Positions 59,381 to 64,000 of a stretch of DNA of 64,000 nucleotides are shown piece by piece (within the stretch, counting starts at the first letter, position 1; each line of letters opens with the position of its first letter). The position numbers were made by a program, and so were the translations under genes. This stretch comes from Microcoleaceae cyanobacterium (GTDB lineage: Bacteria > Cyanobacteriota > Cyanobacteriia > Cyanobacteriales > Microcoleaceae). The notes below the pieces were generated by a model. It ran no database searches, was not told where the DNA came from, and was given only the letters and a program-made list of their open reading frames with translations. The stretch lies in contig JBOFUV010000034.1 of the NCBI GenBank assembly GCA_051652765.1, forward strand, positions 96,001 through 160,000. The letters run 5' to 3'.

Positions 59381-59968
59381 ATGACCTATTCATCTTCATC
59401 TGCCAATGGCAGTAGTCAGTCACCAGAGGTCATCTTAACCCTTACGGATGAGCAGGGGCGATCGCTTGAGTGTCTAGTTCAATCTTCAATTCAGATTGAC
59501 GATCAAGATTATGCATTGCTTGTCCCGGCTGATATTCCAGTAGAGATCCTGACCTGGCCAGATGAAAATGCGGCTGATGAGGCTGCTATTTTTGTAGAAT
59601 CTGAGTCAGAAGTGGATGTCATTTTCCCGATTGCCAAAGTTGTGCTGGAAGAGCAGAACTTGATGCTAAAACGCACAGCAATTACTTTAACGGTTGAGGG
59701 AGAGCTGCCAGAAACTTCCGAAGAAGAGTCCGAAGACTTAGACGCAGAGGGGGATTCTGAGGAGTCGGAAACTGAAGAAATGTTATGGTTAGCCAGTTTC
59801 TACCATGAAGAACGGGAGTATGGAATTTATGTTCCGCTTGACCCATTTTTTATTTTGGTCAGAATTGATGAGGCAGGCAAACCACACCTGCTCTCCAGTG
59901 AGGAACTTGAGAGGTTAGAGCCCTATCTTTCTAAGATAGAGGATCAACTCTTTGACGATATCACTTGA
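59381..59968 (+). CDS. DUF3727 domain protein
   Basis: LTDEQGRSLEC, YALLVP.D.PVEI, LTVEGELP, YVPLDP; usual position before mltG. Confidence 0.8.
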   Translation: MTYSSSSANGSSQSPEVILTLTDEQGRSLECLVQSSIQIDDQDYALLVPADIPVEILTWPDENAADEAAIFVESESEVDVIFPIAKVVLEEQNLMLKRTAITLTVEGELPETSEEESEDLDAEGDSEESETEEMLWLASFYHEEREYGIYVPLDPFFILVRIDEAGKPHLLSSEELERLEPYLSKIEDQLFDDIT

Positions 59969-60091
59969 TTCTTTGAAAGGATCACTCTGACAGGTACTTA
60001 GACAGTACCGCTGAAGGGTGTAGGCATTGCCTTGAGACTGAACCCATGAAGGAAAGCGGTTTGTTCAATACTCGATAGGCATCTAGTACAT

Positions 60092-61189
60092 ATGGGACAA
60101 CTGACAAAGCGACTGTTTTATCTCGCCATTTTGCCTGTGATCTGGGCCATTGCAGGTTGGCAGGGTTGGTCATGGTGGAGTTGGGTGAGTTCTGCCCCAG
60201 TCGCCTCCAGCGCATCGTTGAATCCATCATCTCGTCCATCCGCAAACGCTCCAGCCAAAGATGACGCTGTTCAGATTACGATTCCTTCCGGAACCTCAAG
60301 CCAACAAATTGGCCAAGATCTAGAGGCAGCAGGACTCATCCGCTCTGCAAATGCTTGGCGATTGTGGTCACGATGGTTAATGTTTCAAGACCCGGAAGGG
60401 GAGTTTAAAGCTGGAACCTACCAGATGGTACCAACGCAGCCCCTAAGTGCGATCGCTGAGAAAGTCTGGAAGGGAGAAGTGATGCAATCGAGCTTTACGA
60501 TTCCAGAGGGTTGGTCAATTCAACAAATGGCTGAGTACTTTGAGCAACAAGGATTTTTCACGGCAGAAGAGTTTGTTGCCGCAGCGTCACGGGTTCCGGC
60601 TGATCAATTTCCCTGGCTCCCTCAAAAATTACCCCAGTTGGAAGGATTTCTTTACCCTGATACTTACCAGGTTGAATCTGAACAGATTACACCAGAGGGA
60701 GTAGTTAATCAGATGCTGAAGCGGTTTGAGGAAGTTGCTCTGCCTGTTTATCAACAAGCTCAAGACAAGCACAATCTAGATCTGAAAGAATGGGTGACTC
60801 TAGCCAGCATTGTTGAGAAAGAGTCCGTGGTTGATGAAGAACGCGGGGTGATCTCAGGGGTGTTCCATAACCGCCTCAAACAAGGGATTAATTTAGCGGC
60901 TGATCCAACGGTGGAGTATGGTCTGGGAATTCGTCAAACCGTTGAGCAGCCTTTGACGTTCAAACAAGTCAAGACCCCCTCTCCTTATAACACCTACCTC
61001 AACCCTGGTTTGCCTCCCACTGCGATTGCCAGTCCAGGGGTTGCAAGCCTAGAAGCGACTCTCAATCCAAAGGACACTGAGTTTCTCTATTTCATGGCCC
61101 GATACGATGGAACTCACATCTTTAGCAAAACTGAGGCTGAACATCAAGCCGCGATCGCCGAAGTCGAACGTCAACTCTCTACTCAATAA
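60092..61189 (+). CDS. mltG: Endolytic transglycosylase MltG
   Basis: TIPEG, LEGFLYPDTY, LASIVEKE, SPYNTY, GLPPTAIASPG. Confidence 0.94.
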   Translation: MGQLTKRLFYLAILPVIWAIAGWQGWSWWSWVSSAPVASSASLNPSSRPSANAPAKDDAVQITIPSGTSSQQIGQDLEAAGLIRSANAWRLWSRWLMFQDPEGEFKAGTYQMVPTQPLSAIAEKVWKGEVMQSSFTIPEGWSIQQMAEYFEQQGFFTAEEFVAAASRVPADQFPWLPQKLPQLEGFLYPDTYQVESEQITPEGVVNQMLKRFEEVALPVYQQAQDKHNLDLKEWVTLASIVEKESVVDEERGVISGVFHNRLKQGINLAADPTVEYGLGIRQTVEQPLTFKQVKTPSPYNTYLNPGLPPTAIASPGVASLEATLNPKDTEFLYFMARYDGTHIFSKTEAEHQAAIAEVERQLSTQ

Positions 61190-61256
61190 CTCTACTCAAT
61201 CACTCTTTAACTTGAGTCCTATTTCCCTAGACTGACCCAATTTCAGCTAAAATCAG

Positions 61257-61802
61257 ATGACTGAACACATGGGTCTTGCTATGTCTTGGGGGAAGCTTTT
61301 ACAGCCGGATTTGATTTTAGGGAGTTCAGTTCTGGATTTAACGCCTGACCTGCTCCAGACTCACCATCTCAAAGGGCTGGTGTTAGATGTGGATGAAACC
61401 CTTGTCCCTATTACTCAGAGTGGTGTATCTGATCTGCTCCAACATTGGGTAGAAACGATTAAGCCCGTTGCCACCCTGTGGTTGGTGAGTAACAATATTA
61501 GCCAACCGCGAATCAGTGGAATTGCTCAGGCCCTTGAATTGCCCTACATTAGTAGTGCGGGCAAGCCCTCACGGCGGAAACTGCGGCGGGCGGTTGAAGC
61601 GATCAATCTTCCGGTGGAGCAAGTGGGCATGGTGGGCGATCGCCTGTTTACGGATGTTCTGGCAGGAAATCGTCTGGGGATGTTTACGATTCTGGTCGAA
61701 CCCATGACTGATCCAGTTCTAGGAGATCAGCTCTTCCTGCATACGCGCACATTTGAAGTGTGGCTATCTAGGCTTTTAGGGGCCTCCCTCAAGTTCGATT
61801 GA
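61257..61802 (+). CDS. YqeG family HAD IIIA phosphatase
   Basis: DVDETL, VSNN, KP, VGDRLFTDVLAGNR. Confidence 0.9.
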   Translation: MTEHMGLAMSWGKLLQPDLILGSSVLDLTPDLLQTHHLKGLVLDVDETLVPITQSGVSDLLQHWVETIKPVATLWLVSNNISQPRISGIAQALELPYISSAGKPSRRKLRRAVEAINLPVEQVGMVGDRLFTDVLAGNRLGMFTILVEPMTDPVLGDQLFLHTRTFEVWLSRLLGASLKFD

Positions 61803-61817
61803 GAGTGTTCATTTCCG

Positions 61818-62936
61818 ATGCCCTTGACTATTGTTGTTAAAATTGGTACGTCTAGCCTGACTCAGGCTGCAACAGGGGATTTGGCCCTGTCTACCCTGGC
61901 CGCATTGGTTGAGACCCTCACCCATCTCCGTCGCCAGGAACACCGAGTCGTCCTGGTGTCTTCTGGGGCTGTGGGGGTTGGCAGCGCTCGGTTGGGCTTG
62001 AGTGAACGGCCTCGAACCATCGCATTAAAACAGGCCGTTGCTGCCGTGGGCCAAGGTCGTCTTATGCGAGTCTATGATGATCTATTTACCTCTCTTAACC
62101 AGCCCATTGCCCAAGTGTTGCTCACCCGAGGGGATCTCATTCAACGGGGTGGTTATGTCAACGCCTACAATACGTTTCAGCAACTCCTGCGCTTAAACGT
62201 AATTCCAATCGTGAATGAAAACGACACTGTGGCAGTGGATGAACTCAAATTTGGCGATAACGACACCCTTTCTGCCCTAGTCGCCAGTCTAGTTGAAGCG
62301 GATTGGCTATTTATCTTAACGGATGTTGATAAACTTTACTCTGCCGATCCTCGTCATAACCCTAACGCCCAACCTATTGACCTAGTAACCCACATAAAAC
62401 AACTGGAGGAATTGCAGGTCAATATGGGCAATTCCCAGAGTGGCTGGGGGACTGGAGGAATGATTACCAAAATTGAAGCGGCGCGGATTGCCACAGGTTC
62501 AGGGGTGCGAACTGTGATTACAGATGGCAAACAACCACATAATATCGAAAAAATTATTCAAGGAGAACCTTTAGGAACTCAGTTTGAACCCAGTTCACGA
62601 CCTGTCAATGCTCGCAAACATTGGATTGCCAATATTTTAATTCCGACAGGAAAGCTTGGCTTGGATGCAGGGGCAGTGAAGGCGATTTGTCAGAATGGAA
62701 AATCCCTCCTAGCTGCAGGGATTACCCAGGTGGAAGGCAGGTTTCAGGTACAGGACGCGGTTCAACTGTGTGATCCCAATGGGAGCGAAATTGCGAGGGG
62801 ACTGGTGAACTATAGCAGTCTTGAACTCGAACAAATTAAAGGCTGTCACTCCGAAACCATTCCTGAAGTCCTCGGATATGGGGGTGCAGAGACAGTGATT
62901 CATCGAGATAACTTGGTTATTCCCCAAGACCCATAG
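61818..62936 (+). CDS. proB: Glutamate 5-kinase
   Basis: [34 protein letters not shown] domain. Confidence 0.96.
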   Translation: MPLTIVVKIGTSSLTQAATGDLALSTLAALVETLTHLRRQEHRVVLVSSGAVGVGSARLGLSERPRTIALKQAVAAVGQGRLMRVYDDLFTSLNQPIAQVLLTRGDLIQRGGYVNAYNTFQQLLRLNVIPIVNENDTVAVDELKFGDNDTLSALVASLVEADWLFILTDVDKLYSADPRHNPNAQPIDLVTHIKQLEELQVNMGNSQSGWGTGGMITKIEAARIATGSGVRTVITDGKQPHNIEKIIQGEPLGTQFEPSSRPVNARKHWIANILIPTGKLGLDAGAVKAICQNGKSLLAAGITQVEGRFQVQDAVQLCDPNGSEIARGLVNYSSLELEQIKGCHSETIPEVLGYGGAETVIHRDNLVIPQDP

Positions 62937-63024
62937 TCCCTAACACAGGTTTGAATGTTATGTTTTGAGCGTCACTTGCGGTAATGTAAAGGCAAATTAA
63001 ATGAGTTAAAAATTGAGTTAAATT

Positions 63025-63516
63025 ATGATGCGATCGCCCTTTCTCCTCAACACCGCTTTCACGAAAGCCATCCCCACTCAAGCGACTATTACTAGTGCTA
63101 CCCTGACTTGCGCTTTAATCAGTCTGATTAGCATTTTAACCTGGTTCTGGGCTCCTCCTGCTTGGGCCTTGATTCCGATTGAACTCTATGATTTGAATGT
63201 TCAGGACTGTCCACCCGAGCTAGCCGATGGCATGGTTGCTAGCTTTTCGTCCCAGGAAGCCAACTGCTTTATGGTGATGGGAAAAGCGAAGAACTCCTCC
63301 GGCAAGCTTGTTGTTGATGCAGATATCTTTGGTCGAATTTATGATGCCAACGATAACCCGGTGATGCAAAATCGAACTCGCTTGGGAAGTATTAGTGAAG
63401 TTCCTCCTGGAGCCAGTGATTTTGAACTAAGAATTTCTGTTCCAACTAATCTAAAAACGCCACTCAAACTGAAACAATTCAAAGCTTCTGGTTTTACAGG
63501 TCGGATTGGACGATAA
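63025..63516 (+). CDS. Conserved cyanobacterial secreted hypothetical protein
   Basis: Signal peptide ending AWA; DADIFGRIYDAN, NRTRLG. Confidence 0.65.
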   Translation: MMRSPFLLNTAFTKAIPTQATITSATLTCALISLISILTWFWAPPAWALIPIELYDLNVQDCPPELADGMVASFSSQEANCFMVMGKAKNSSGKLVVDADIFGRIYDANDNPVMQNRTRLGSISEVPPGASDFELRISVPTNLKTPLKLKQFKASGFTGRIGR

Positions 63517-63621
63517 CTATCTCAAAGAAAAGGAGACATCACTAAAAAGCCGAGATCTTTTTTGCCAACCTCGGCTCAATGTATTCAGTAGAGAAATAGA
63601 AAAAGCCTTGTCATTCAGGGA

Positions 63622-63924
63622 CTAGACAGACATAGAAGAGGCTGCATAGGCCAGACTAAATAAGAGCTGAGGAACTAACCCAGCCACAATCTGCAGCAAG
63701 AAAATTGCAATCATGGGCGAGAAATCTATTCCTCCCAAGGGTGGAATAAACTGTCGAAAAACGTTTAAGTAAGGATCGGTGAGCTGGCTCAGAATGGAAA
63801 AAGGAGGATCATACCAGTTAATGTTGGGAAACCAACTGAGTAAAATTCTGATAAAAATTAAGACTGTATAGATTTGAAAGAATGTGCTAACTGTCATTGC
63901 TAACAACTGTAGTACATTGCCCAT
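63622..63924 (-). CDS. YggT/YlmG family membrane protein
   Basis: RILLSWFP, LTDPYL, IPPLGGIDFSP. Confidence 0.9.
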   Translation of the reverse strand: MGNVLQLLAMTVSTFFQIYTVLIFIRILLSWFPNINWYDPPFSILSQLTDPYLNVFRQFIPPLGGIDFSPMIAIFLLQIVAGLVPQLLFSLAYAASSMSV

Positions 63925-64000
63925 AATTAATTCCTAATTCTTCAATTTATGTTTGAAACTATCTTACTGAGTAGTTTATCACACTTCCCCAAGGTCGTTT

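Larger units (their letters stand above)
2541..63037. repeat. HIP1 octamer (GCGATCGC) dispersed throughout the window
   Basis: Dozens of occurrences, e.g. 15659, 15700, 15766, 47637; diagnostic of cyanobacteria. Confidence 0.95.

Overview
Chromosomal segment of a cyanobacterium, shown by dense HIP1 GCGATCGC sites and psaK, curT-like and phycobiliprotein lyase genes. The backbone is mostly housekeeping: pheT, tkt, pcrA, oppD/F, rlmL-like, grxC-gshB, tlyA, htpX, ubiH-like, psaK, pyrF, mltG-yqeG-proB and yggT. The main unexplained structure is a pair of integron platforms about 39 kb apart whose arrays point towards each other. Each has a short 5' stump of an integron integrase (MEQRPKK...IRLKHY), a phased ~41-bp repeat ladder and the same candidate attI core (TAATAACTAG|TT), followed by attC-delimited cassettes. 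Array A (12.8-15.2 kb, rightward) carries an uncharacterised large-partner + PIN pair and a VapBC-like pair, then decays into internally deleted gene remnants. Array B (51.7-43.6 kb, leftward) carries a Lamassu/ABC-three-component system, a gene-less cassette, a truncated methylase + NurA-like nuclease + DUF433/DUF5615 TA segment, a frameshifted HEPN gene and an orphan antitoxin-like stump. A PARIS-like AAA + DUF4435 pair sits between oppD and oppF. Also present are a probable Yfr2 sRNA, a 22-bp tandem array and an IS982 remnant. All product calls come from motif recognition by eye; no database searches were run.
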